Below are positions 24,801 through 36,853 of a DNA stretch of 64,000 nt, one piece after another (position 1 is the stretch's first letter; the number at the start of each line of letters is the position of its first letter). Source of the stretch: Pristiophorus japonicus (taxonomy: Eukaryota); NCBI RefSeq assembly GCF_044704955.1, contig NC_091997.1, forward strand, positions 33,046,001-33,110,000. Reading direction: 5' to 3'. Made by a program: the position numbers and the translations under genes. Below the pieces are notes generated by a model, which searched no databases, was not told the DNA's origin, and saw only the letters and a program-made list of their open reading frames with translations.

Positions 24801-26039
24801 TATCTATTCATTAATATGCTTGTTTATTTATTTATTTATCTGTTTGTTCCGCTCTGTGACTCGGCGAAGCACAATAAAGTGCGAGAAATAAATAAATATA
24901 GCAGCGTTTAAATTATGTAAATCATAAATATTAAATTATTCATATTTAAAATAGCAAATAAGGGACTTAACGACTTCGATAAACAATTGAAATAGGCAAG
25001 GGGGAAATTCTGCGGGACATAAAATCGAAGCTGTAAAGTGACGTTTTTGCCATTTTTGTTATTGCTGGAAAATGCAAGGTAACAACAGGTTCACTAAACT
25101 GGGAAGAGTTAAAATAAATAGGTCAAATGTAATTCTTGTTTTTAATAGCTAGTTGAAGGGATCAAACTATGTGCCCGGGGGATGGAGAAAATGTGGGTAT
25201 CTCCGAAGCTTGGGTCCCATTATTCTCCTTTAATCCGACTCAGAACAAGAGAGAGAAACACACACAAGTTAAATATTCAGTCTTTGGTAAAAGCCGTTTA
25301 GCCATATTGTTACATCCAGTGTTGTTTGGCATGATATCCATTCTTTTATGGATTTGGGAACTGCAGGTTTACTCCACCCAGTACAAATTTTACATGTAAC
25401 AAGCCGCCATTACCAATTAAAACGAGCTAAATTTGTGGTTTCAAAATCATGTTTGTGCGTGAGTATAAAATATGTATTCAGCTTCACGTAAAATTAACTG
25501 CTAAATCTATGTCCCATCCAATGGGAGGCTGTTAATATCATTTAACTATATTATTGAAACCATAAATTAACATGCAGCTGTTCCAATAAATTAATTATAT
25601 GAGTATGTATATATATATTTATATATTTATCTATGACATTAAATATATATATGTGCATATTTCTCCAGGTGCCTGAAAGCTAATATATTATTTTTTGCAC
25701 TAGTGAATTACCAGCGTTGCTTTCAGGTTTTCTTCTATTTCCTTATTTTTCCTGAATCTTCTGTTATGAGTTACCACCACACAGAACTTGAAAAATGCAC
25801 AGAGCTGCTCCAGCGTTCCTGCTGTCGCCATACTGTCTGAAAAATTATAATCTTGTTCTGTTTTAAGTTGCCACAAAAAAATGTTGTTTGAGTTGGACTG
25901 GGAAATGTGCATGTGTAACTAACGAGAGGATTCCCCTCCAAGTTGGTTAATAAAAGCAGAATTAACAAGCGTGTATTTGTCACAATAACTAGGTGTTGCT
26001 GAGCCCCACAAATGCATCAATTTTCTTCTCATTTCAAAT

Positions 26040-26160
26040 CCCTCGTGATGTGGGCGGCGCCTGCAGTGGCTGACAGCATTCTGATTGGCCGGCTGGCAGG
26101 AAGTTGTCTCCAGCCGCCTTCTGATGAGTCCAAGAGAAATGTCAGTTTGATAAGGACCTT
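26040..26160 (+). promoter_or_regulatory. HoxB10 proximal promoter candidate
   Basis: GC box GGGCGG, TGACAG (Meis/TALE-type) and GATTGG (inverted CCAAT) about 150-200 bp upstream of the ATG. Confidence 0.45.
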
Positions 26161-26246
26161 TTTTTTCCTCCCCCCCCCCCCCCCCTCCCTCCCCTCCCTA
26201 CCCCCACCTTCTCCTCCTCCCCTCCTCAGCAAATTAAGCTGCAGCT

Positions 26247-26973
26247 ATGTCATGTTCTGAGAATTCTGCTTCAAGCTCGTTTTCAGTGAGGTCTTTAATT
26301 TGCTCTAACCGGACTGAACCTTACTGTCCTGGGGGTTATATGTCCTCCCGACCGGAGCAGGGCTACGCGGTGCAGAATTGGCAAGTTGGCCTAGCGCATC
26401 GTAAACAAGCGGAGATGAACCACCAACAAGGTCTAGGTTTGGTTCCACATCAGTACGTGCCAGGCATGGCAGGATGGACAACCCCGTCACCATCCAGCCA
26501 CATAGGCCGACTCCAGCAGCTAAGCACTTACTCCTTCGCGTCCAGCGTCAAGGAAGAAGCCAACTACTGTTTATTGGACGGGGATAAGCACGCGAAGACC
26601 CACCCCGAGGGCTCAATGTACCCGAGGGTGATTTCTGAAATGTGCACAAGTGACAGTGGCAGGCTCCCCGTGCCCAGCTACTTCCGTCCAGAACCGAATT
26701 ATTCATCAAGCAAAGCGACGGATTACAACCAGCCGCAGCCAGTCACCGCTCCGTGCTCGCTTCAGTCCAGCATTCCCTTCACTTCTTCCTTCGCCACGTC
26801 GTCCTCCTCCTCCAAACCAGGTGAAAAAGACACAAAAGTGAGCACCTCAAACGATCCAGGCCGCGGAGAGCCGGGAAAGAGCACAGGGCGAAGAGAGGGG
26901 GCCTATGTACAAGAGCCATCCTCTTTACAATTTCCTGGCGCGGATAAGAGCCTTTCCGAGAAGGAAACAAAAG
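26247..26973 (+). CDS. HoxB10: Homeobox protein Hox-B10, exon 1
   Basis: Hox10-type N-terminus MSCSENSASSSFSVRSLI, plus VKEEANYCL and PVPSYFR motifs. Phase-1 donor G|GTGGGT at 26974. Confidence 0.9.
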
Positions 26974-29019
26974 GTGGGTAAAACCATGAACCTAAGGAAG
27001 ACAAACAATTACACGGCAATTGGAGCAGGAACATAGGCAGCTCTCTCATCTGCGGCAAGGTGACTTTATGTAGGCCATAAAGGAGCCTTTTTGTCTCCAA
27101 CACAAAGATCCCTCAGTACAAATTAATACTTTGAGTAATTTATAGGACAGGTCCCTTACGGTAGAGTAAATTACAAACACGTTGAAGTGACCCTTTTAAA
27201 GATCAAAACAGCGGAAGGTTCCTGTTCCGAAGACCATTCCTCAGTTGCATTAGAAACCGCTGTAAAAGCCCCCAGTATGAACAACCCACCGAGCCAAAAA
27301 CAATTGAACATTTTCAAATGAAAGGCGTGCTTAAAAATAACTTAAAACTGCAGTTATATCAAGTGCAACGTAAACTTAAAATAGCAGTCACGTTATCAAA
27401 GGAAAAACGACACAACAGGTCTATTTAGCTATATAATTTTATGAGCGTATATACTATATATTATAATTATATACACAGATAGCTGTTTACAAAATTACAT
27501 AGATATCTATATAATTATAATGTTGAAATATGTGTGTACCTATATCATTGTACATGTATATAATTATACGTAAACACAGGGGCAAACGAATTTAATTGAC
27601 CTGCTAATTCGCATCTACATCTTTATGAATATAGGTATGTATGTGTGCATATATGTGAGTAACATTGCAAGGATAGCTAGTTTTATGCATACATATATAG
27701 AAACATAAATAATACAGATGAATATTCCTTTAAATGAAATCAGAGGACGTCCTCGAGTTTAAGGTTTTGGAACAAACATTGCATTGGTGGCCAGCAATGT
27801 GTTTTAGTATATAGCTGTGGCGGTTGCTATATTATTGGAATTGAGCGTGACATCCAGTGAACTGAAATCTAAGCACCCGAGCGACGCTCCAGCAATGGTT
27901 GGCTCACATATCAAAACAATCTAAGATGCAACTATAAATTCAAAATACTGAATATAAATACAATGAGCTGGGTGGCACCATGTGATATTTACTTAAGCTC
28001 CCTTTGTTGTCATGGGGCTAGATTATGGCGCCAAAGGAAAATTACATCGTGCAGCGCTGCAGAGGTATTGCAGCATTATTTTGTGGGACCTCGCTCCTCA
28101 GTAAGTTGGGAATAAAGGAGCCACAAATTGAACTGACATGCTAATTAGTGATCCGAGGTGCCCTAAATGGTATTTCCTGGTAGGTATCTATGATGGTGCT
28201 CTGGCTGTGGTTTGTATCTAACACAATCTCCGAGAGCTGTGATGAATATCAAACCCTTTGTAGTAACGCCTTACCGATTCTTTTTGAAATTGACTATTGT
28301 GTAACAGGTGACCAATAAGCTACGCTTCTGTGTTTTTTAGGAGAACATTAAAATATATGTTTATTACCCCCTGCCCCCCCCCCCCCCAACACACACACAT
28401 ACACACTGAACCGCTACACAGGAGGAAAGACGTGAGTAAACACCAGGATGCAATAACTCGTAGGAAGTTATAATTAACTCGGTGCCGCCATAACGGATTT
28501 CCCCCATCTAATCCCACACACAAACATGAAACATTGCAAAGCAAAGCCACTTCAACTACATTAAAGCCGGCAGGCCCTTTGTGAAATCGTCGCTATCTCC
28601 AACAGTTCAAGTGGCTGCTTTCTTGCTTGTGTCTGTTTTTGTGCTGTTGGGGTCTAAATATAAATGCTGAACTGATGGGCTGATCTCGCTAGCTAGCACT
28701 GATTTTATTGAGTCTTTACCCACACAATCAAGAGACACAAACGAGGAGACTGTACTAAACATCAATTAACAATGGAGTATACAACTGTCGGTATTGTTAT
28801 GGAAATCTGGGACATGTTAAGCACACGCTGCACTTTGAATTTGAGGCATGGCGTGTCCCTTGTCCCGCTAGATAGACAGCCAGCACCTCACAAGTTAAAT
28901 TAACTCTCAATTAGCAAGACATAGTTACGTATTTCATAACTTTTAATACGTATTTTTAATTTGAATTGTGTATGGGTGCATTGATGGCATTTATTAACAG
29001 CAACAGACTAAATCGTACA

Positions 29020-29415
29020 CAGGGGGCATAGATTTAAAGTCGTTAGTAGAAGGAGTAGAAAGAAAGAAAGAAAGACTTACATTTATATAGCGCTTTTCAC
29101 GACCACCGGACGTCTCAAAGCGCTTTACATCTAATTAAGTACTTTTGGAATGTAGCCACTGATGTAATTAGAGGGGAGATGAGGAAAAAAAATCACCCAG
29201 ATGGTGATGGGGGTCTGGAACTCACTGCCTGAAAGGGTGGTAGAGGCAGTAACCCTCATCACATTTAAAAGTACTTGAATATGCACTTGAATGCCGTAAC
29301 CTACAGCGCTAGGGACCGAGAGCTGGAAATTGGGATTCGACTGGATAGCTCTTTTTCGGCCAGCACAGACACGATGGGTCGAATGGCCTCCTTCTGTGTC
29401 GTAACTTTGTATGAT
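29020..29415 (+). mobile_element. CR1-type LINE 3' end inside the HoxB10 intron, with a nested minus-strand SINE tail (29058-29167)
   Basis: AGGGGGCATAGATTTAAAG...GGTCTGGAACTCACTGCCTGAAAGGGTGGTAGAGGCAG...GGGTCGAATGGCCTCCTTCTGTG, interrupted by (AAAG)n ACTTACATTTATATAGCGC... Confidence 0.8.
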
Positions 29416-32400
29416 TATTTGAAAGCAGGAGTGTGCACTCAAACCACAGATTGGGAGATTGTTAATTGATAACGTTTAGTGTAACCTGGCAAATAGGCTT
29501 GGCATAGGGACAGTTGTAATTTACCTATAAACATCCTCCGTAGATGTGGGGACTTTCCTAGCCTTCTTACCTATGAATAGTTGAGCTGGTGGCCAACATT
29601 TAATTCCGTAGAGTGCAATATCATTGAGCAGTTTTATTTATTTTTCCAAAATATGTGTAATATATCATTGCTGTGCTCCAGTTGATGTGTTCAGTTTCAG
29701 GAGATTATTTGGCTTGCAAGGGACACTGAATTTTCATTTCTAATTGATGACAAAAATCTTAGGAAAACACTAAAGGCTATGACAACAACGTCTCCGCCAT
29801 CTTTGCTGCATTGTAACAACGCCAGCTTCATACAGATAACTTAATAACGCTACAAAGTAGTTAATAAAGATGCAGGCCTTCGATTGAGTTGGGAGTTTGA
29901 CTGCTTTTAAGATTGAACTTGCGCATAACAAAGCAAGAATTAAAACGAGACCGTGCATTGCGATTCATAGGTGCCAGGTACTTCCCAAACAATTTCTATA
30001 TGTGACACATTTTATTGTTCTAAAATGATGATAAAAGTTGCGATTTAGACCCGCGAGTGGGATTGAGACACATAGTACAATACGACTTTACTGCATGACA
30101 CTCAAATACTTTACTCAGTCAATAATTCGCAGACGGCTTCAAGGTACATTTTAAATTTGCATTTTAATTTTTAATCTGAACCGCAGTTTGTGTAGTAGGA
30201 CCGTATTTCTTTTCTGTTCCGCTCCTGTTGAGTAATTTTCCGCATTTTAAATACATTCAGGCCAAAGTAATCACAGCATGCAGGTTCCATGTTGATCCGA
30301 AGGCCCCACTCAATTAAGCTGCCGCATTTGAACAGAAAATGTCACACCTGATGCAACTCTTAGCCACAGCATAACCCGAAACAGCAACAAACACCGACAA
30401 AGGAGACTACCGGAGAAGCCTGGGGAGATTTCAGACCCTCTACTATCTAGTTCCTTCTCTTTTTGACCATGTTGAAATATTAGGTCAAAAGGGAAACATA
30501 ATTTAGCCCCGTGTCTTGCACGTTTGTATTTGCTTACAAACTATTCATTTGAAATCCAAGGCAAATTCGCATAGATTCATTACCACCGCAACAGACGCAA
30601 GAATCATTGCTAATAAGCCGCTATTGCTTCAGTCAGGCTGCAATAGTTTGCGAATGTTTAATTACAGGTTTATGACTTAAAATAATATCTCAGAACAGAA
30701 AGCTCCCTACAAAGTTAATATTGATGAATTGTGATACTGAATGTGACGGAATTTATGTTATGACATTGAGTTCTAACCAAGGACATGGCCAATCAATAAT
30801 CATTTATAGATTCTATAAGCTGTGATATTCAGTTAGTTTTCGCGTTTTACTCCTCAGAACTTGTTTGTAAAGAATTGTCCCCTGCACTATATACACCTTT
30901 TCTTTTATGGAGCGAATATTTTAACGCTATATGGATCGCTTCTTTGTGATGTTATCCGTTTTGCAAGTTTATTTATTTACAGCGGTTGAATGTATAAACC
31001 TGGAGATTTCTTATGTTTCATGATTTTTAAACACCTCCAGCAAAACTTGCCCAATGTTAGAGTGTAAGTCACATCAACGAAATTACATCTGATATTTTTT
31101 TATCCTAAATGCTCTCTGTTCAATGGCTATCCATATTTACAAGCGGGTTAAATCATGCTGTTTCATTGTAACTAGAGAATTTCATAAAATACTTTTGATT
31201 TCCCCAAGATACAAGTATGTTGTATTTAACCAACACACACTGCAATGATATTGAGAGACGCTGGTATATCTTTGCATCGACAATTTGGATACATTTGACC
31301 CATTTGCCAATAATGACTTCTGCTTCATCAATTTTTCAATTCAATACAGCGATACTGGCGGCATCAGCAACATTTGGCTTGTTTACCTCAATAAAGAAGG
31401 GAACCAGAGATCAGTTTACAATCTAAAACAAACTACTAATAAGTCTAAATGTTATTGTAGAAACAGTCCAGTCTCACAATACTCACAAAAGGACGGTGAA
31501 TGAGAAAAAGCGCGTCAGCTGTTGCGTTAAAGTTAACAAAATCAACATGAGTCTTTCAGCAAATTCAGTAAAATGAAAAGCGAGGGGAAGCTTTATTAAA
31601 AAAGGCTCATGATTTCCTGTTGAAAACATCTGCGCCCATGTTCCTTCTTTCGTGCACTCTGCTCTCTAAACGACTACTTCCCTTCCCTTGCATAAACTAC
31701 AACCTTTAAGTGAATATCCAGTGTTAAGGCGATATTATAGGGGTTAAAGGTTATTTTGCAATGCAACAACCCGCTTCTAAATCAATTCTCAAAAGGTCAT
31801 CTGCACTAAACATTGACTGTGAGAAGTTAATAGATGTTTAAATGCTATTTGGTGAGATACCCCTAGGAAATAGATAGGTTTATCTTAAACTAATTACTCA
31901 CATTTTTAACAGAAAGTTAATATTATTAGATAGAATTCAGAGGTGCAATTTCCTGCTAATGACAAGCTATATGAGCTGTGTTTTAAACACAGTGACTTTT
32001 TTGCAATGAAGGTTTCGGGATAACCATGTCTTTTTATAATCAGACTGTAAGCTCTTTATAAAGGTGAAGGGACAGGAGTACTAGCACGTCTGTGATGGCT
32101 TATTCCATTATATTGCGTCTCAATCTTGTTAGAAATCAAAGATTAGGTGTAATGTGCATTAGAAATAACATTTTAGATTTGCCCTTAATTAGACCTTCGT
32201 TGTAACTATTTGTCCAGGTGCTGGATTCTCCTTTAAGTAAAGTTGCTGGAAAACTTATTTTGATAAGTCGTCAAGTTACATTAGAGCAGGTAATGCCACA
32301 GTGTGACACAATATTCTACAGTGTGTGCTAATGTGGAACGGGCTAATATATGGACGGTTCAGATTCCACTGTTGACTCTGATCCGCCACTCCAACCCCCT

Positions 32401-32543
32401 CCACGCTCCCACCTGGGTAACCTCGTTGAAAATCCTGAGTCATGGTATCGTTGATGGTGAAAGAAGGGGGGAGGCAGAGGGGGACGGGACAGACCCGTTT
32501 TATTCAGCAGGTCGTCTGACAATGTTTTTTTCCCGATTGACAG

Positions 32544-32815
32544 AGAGCGAAAAGGCTGAGAATACGATAAACTGGCTGACGCCGAAGGGCGGTAGGAAGA
32601 AACGCTGCCCATACACCAAGCACCAGACACTGGAGTTGGAGAAGGAATTCCTCTTTAACATGTATTTAACTCGAGAGCGCCGCCTAGAGATCAGTCGGGG
32701 CGTGAATCTATCCGACAGACAGGTCAAAATCTGGTTTCAAAACCGAAGAATGAAACTGAAAAAGATGAGCAGAGAGCACAGAGTTCGAGAAATATCGGCT
32801 GCGTTCCCCATCTGA
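32544..32815 (+). CDS. HoxB10: Homeobox protein Hox-B10, exon 2 (homeodomain); spliced product 332 aa
   Basis: Acceptor CAG at 32541-32543 is phase-compatible with exon 1. [42 protein letters not shown]...[17 protein letters not shown] is paralog group 10. Cluster B is assigned from the neighbouring genes. Confidence 0.93.
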
Positions 32816-33919
32816 TGAAGGGGGCTAGTGCTTTTTTTTAATTGAAAAGGACGAGACAGTGGACGATAAAAAGCGGCTAGTTAAAGAAACCGAACGCTGC
32901 AGGGCGGGGGGTATGCGGGGGGGAGGGGGCGGTGTGGGGGAGGTTGGTAGTCATGGGGAGGAGTTGCAAGTTCAGCAGTCTAGTCACTAGAACAACATTG
33001 AGCCAGCTATGGGGAAGGGTAGATGGTGGGATGGCGGGCTTGCAAGTTCAAAATAACTAAACATGACAGAAAGTTACGGATTTGCTTTTGAAAATGAACT
33101 TATTCTGAAGACTCTCCTTTACTGCCCAGGAGCCCATTAATTGATCTCAATTAATTTAGTGCCCTATCACTTAATTATGAGGATATGAACTGAAAGAATG
33201 TTTGAAAAAGGCAATAAAATCTGGCTTGCTTTATGCATTTAGTCATTTTGTTGGATTTAAAGTAAGTATAGTTAATACCACATATATGTGTTATGCTTCC
33301 AAGAGTAATCATTTTACGGTCTGCAACCTCCGCTTACTGAGGGACAACAGAGAAATCGGCACCTATTAAAGTACGCCACCTGCGCAGACATATTTCACGC
33401 ACAAGAGTGTTTGAAGCACTTGTTAAAGTATAGCAACAAAATAGCGAGACACGTTGAAAGAATTAGAGGCCTGTAATTAAGGGAAATGCTCGGTGTACCA
33501 AAGAGTAAATTTAGAATTATTTTTTGCTTATGGATAGATGCATCCTGTTTTGTCTTAAAACAAAGTAATAAGAAGTCGTAAAGGTTAAAAAAAAATCGTT
33601 TTCATCAATGGTCGCCCCATCAAGAATCCTTCCTCCTTCTTAGCGTGTTTATGCAGGTCATTGTATAGACATGCATGACAAAAATGATATGAAACAACGT
33701 GCAGTTATATTCATTGCTGTCATTTACTTCCAATAGGTAATCTTTCCAACTTGATGTCCAGTATTCAATTGTTTATTTAAAAAAAGGTTTCTAAGAATTC
33801 CAATTAAAATCTGTATTTTTCCCTTTCAATGCACAACCGCGACGTACAGTTGACTAGAATTGCATGGATATAACCAAACTATGAAAAATTGCATATCTAT
33901 TTCATAGAGATTATAGTAC

Positions 33920-34010
33920 TAACACTTGCATTTATTTCGCGTGTTTCAGGTCTAAACGTCTTAAAGCTTTTACACAATAACTTGCTGTGGAAGTGCATTG
34001 ACTGTTATGT
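33920..34010 (-). mobile_element. Old SINE 3' tail relic
   Basis: ACTTGCATTTATTTCGCGTGTTTCA...ACGTCTTAAAGCTTTTACAC is similar to 29075-29130. Confidence 0.45.
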
Positions 34011-34104
34011 AGATTAACAACATGTTTTACAGTTGATTCCACTTAAAATAACATCTAATAACTGGAGATTACTATTAAATGAAGATTTGAGAAATAACTT
34101 TAAT

Positions 34105-34482
34105 TGGATGCACATTGGTTCCCGATTAAGCAATTCTCATCCTTATTTTCAAATCCCTCCATAGCCTCGCCCCTTCCTATCTCTGTAATCCCCTCCAGCC
34201 CCACAACCCCCGAGATATCTGCGCTCCTCTAATTCTGGCCGCAACTGCCTCGGCCCCAAGCTCTGGAACTCCCTGCCTAAACCACTTCACCTCTCTACAT
34301 CTCTTTCCTCCTCCAAGACGCTCCTTAAACCATAACTCCTTGACCAAGCTTTTTATCATCTGCCCTAATTTCTCCTTATGCGGCTTGGTGTCATTTTTTT
34401 TTTAATCTCATAATACTCCTGTGAAGCGCCTTGGGGCGTTTCACTGCGTTAAAGGCGCTATATAAATACACGTTTTTGTTGT
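34105..34482 (+). mobile_element. L2-type LINE 3' end
   Basis: Homologous to the reverse complement of 11900-12370. Ends CCTGTGAAGCGCCTTGGGGCGTTTCACTGCGTTAAAGGCGCTATATAAAT...TTGTTG. Confidence 0.85.
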
Positions 34483-36769
34483 AAACATTTAAATGAAAGA
34501 AACAAGTACCAAGATTGAACAATTTTTAATGATCTTGTTACAATGTTATAAAAAGACAGATTCTTACCTAGCGACTCTCTTTGTCTGTGTTCCTTTGACT
34601 AACATCAAGTGGCTAAAATTATTCATGAACCAACCCCCACACCTGGCTCCTAGCGACTAAACAGAAAATAATTTGCATAAAATCCTGCTAGCTATTCATT
34701 TCACGTGTTTATTGAAAAATGTTATTCATCTATATTTTCCCTCCCTACGCCTATAAATACCTCAAAGCTTCTCGGTTCACGTGGGGGAAAAGCTACATCT
34801 GGGTGGGGAACTAATTGGACCCCGACCTATTTAAAAAGATTTAGCCTCAATTTCACGGTTTAATTTCTCATTCAGTTCCACACTACAGATGTGCTGTAAG
34901 GCATCCCATCAAAACGTGAATGGAATGTGAGAAACCCATAAATTAATACTCACAGTAACAATTGCAGATGAAGTATAACGGCAAATTAAAATAGATATAC
35001 ACACAGGCGAGTTCTTGATCAGTCAATGGTCTTGAGAAGTAATGTCCATTGGGAAATCGGTAGTTGTTCTTTTCAACATCTGTTGCATAAATAATGTGAA
35101 TATATAACAATCGGTGAAAACCCAGCTTGTAACATGCCATGAGTGCCGATTATACCTCTCGCAGTGAACGTACACCCTTAGTGGATATTATACACTATAA
35201 TTAAAATGTGTTTGTACTTAGGAATAACGTGTCTTTTAAATGTTCATCAAAGTGTCTGACATTTAATACAAGCAATCTATGGTGGTCTGTCGTGTCAATT
35301 AGTTTTACATGCGTGTTTTTAGATAGAAATTTGTCAGATACTAAATGTGTAATGTTGGATAAAATGTAATATTTATTTTTAAAAATATAAAGAAACTTGT
35401 TATACCAAAGACTATTAACGTTGTGCCCATCACCTCTTTATTGCTAAGCACACTGAACTCCGTACAATGCCCCTGTAAGAGAGAGGGGATTACAAAAAAC
35501 TGTTAATATTTGAACAATATGTAAATTCACCAATAACTGTTTCAATGAAATATTTTAAGTTCATGGTGTATGTTAAATGTTGATATAATTTTTTTTGTAT
35601 AGCATGTGCTGTATATTTCACGGCTTAAAGTCGTTGCATTATTTCCTAGGCCTTGTCACAGGTCAATATTAAAATGCGGATTTAAAAACAAAATAAGAAA
35701 ATATCGTGTTTGGGTGCCTTTCTGTAGTTCTTAATACTTTTACTCAATGTTCAAGGGTCTGCTTAAAGTTTTTGGTCGCCATTTCCCCGCGAGTGGCTCT
35801 TCCTTTAAATCTGGCTCGTGTATTTCATGAACGGTGGTTGGCTGAATGTGAACCCGTGAAATTGACCTGAAATGGACAAGTTGATGGTTGAGAGAGAGAA
35901 AAAAAGACAGTGAATTCCGATGCTTCCAGCCCGAAAGAAAACCCTGCAGTTTGAAATTTATTTGGTATCCGGTGTCGGTGATTTAAATACCAGCGAGACG
36001 GTCGTAATCTGACTGTGGGCCCTGACGATGCGCCACGGACGACCACGTCTGCTTTTGTGAAGTTTTATGGCTTGTAAATATGTTTGGCAAGTTGCTGTCA
36101 TGTAGGACTTGTTGGACTTGGGCAGTTTGGCTCCGAGCGTCATGTCACACAACATAGCGTTGGGATCAGGAAAATAGTCACGCTGCTCTCTTCTTGACAA
36201 ACTTCAAGTGGAATCTCGCTAACTGTTGCCCAAATTTGCTTACAGAGACTTTGGAAAAACATGATGGGAATGGTAGGACATTGTTGTCACGTTTAGCTGT
36301 GTTTTGCCAGCGACCCTTTGTAAGGCTGCTTAGAGTTGCTGTGCCTGCGTGGAGATTTAAATTGTTGGTTTTACTAAGTTTGTTGTTACAGCAGTCTAGT
36401 GACTGGTTTAAAAAGTGAAAACTTTGATCCTTTACTATGGTAACGATGCAACATAGTGAGGCCTATTGCTTCAGTTTCTCAGATGTTTATTTGCACTCTG
36501 AATACGAACGAAGCAAGGTCAAAATGGTGCAATCGGCCCTGTTGGAATAATTAAACAGTGATATATGCAATTTTGGAGCCGTCAGTGACTGAGATTTCTA
36601 ACCACCCTCCCTTCCTTTTCTTTCTTAGAAACATGAGACTCTTTTTATCAATTGAATGATTATTTTTAAAGAGTAATGTCTAGCAAAAAAACATATTTGA
36701 CAATGATGGTCTTTACTGTTGGAACTGAAGTCGACTCATTCAGTCCAGTCTATGGCGCAAACGAATTGG

Positions 36770-36853
36770 AACTGCGGTGTGATTTAGGTAGTTTCATGTT
36801 GTTGGGCTTGTGTTTGATCGCAGTGACAAGAAACTGCCTGGATCACTCCAGTT
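36770..36853 (+). ncRNA. mir-196a: miR-196a precursor; mature 5p arm 36785-36806
   Basis: Exact mature sequence TAGGTAGTTTCATGTTGTTGGG. The 3p arm CAGTGACAAGAAACTGCCTGGA (36821-36842) pairs with it, and the basal stem is AACTG/CAGTT. Position between Hox10 and Hox9 is canonical. Confidence 0.97.

Noticed and set aside
26168-26228. C-rich tract before the HoxB10 ATG and G-rich tract at 32900-32960 as G-quadruplex/i-motif elements
   Set aside because: Simple homopolymer-rich tracts recur throughout the window, and nothing specifically indicates function.
32303-32543. N-terminal extension of the homeobox ORF 32303-32815
   Set aside because: Intronic read-through upstream of the acceptor at 32543. 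The same applies to ORF extensions at 42822, 57279 and the TTG starts at 41682 and 52764.
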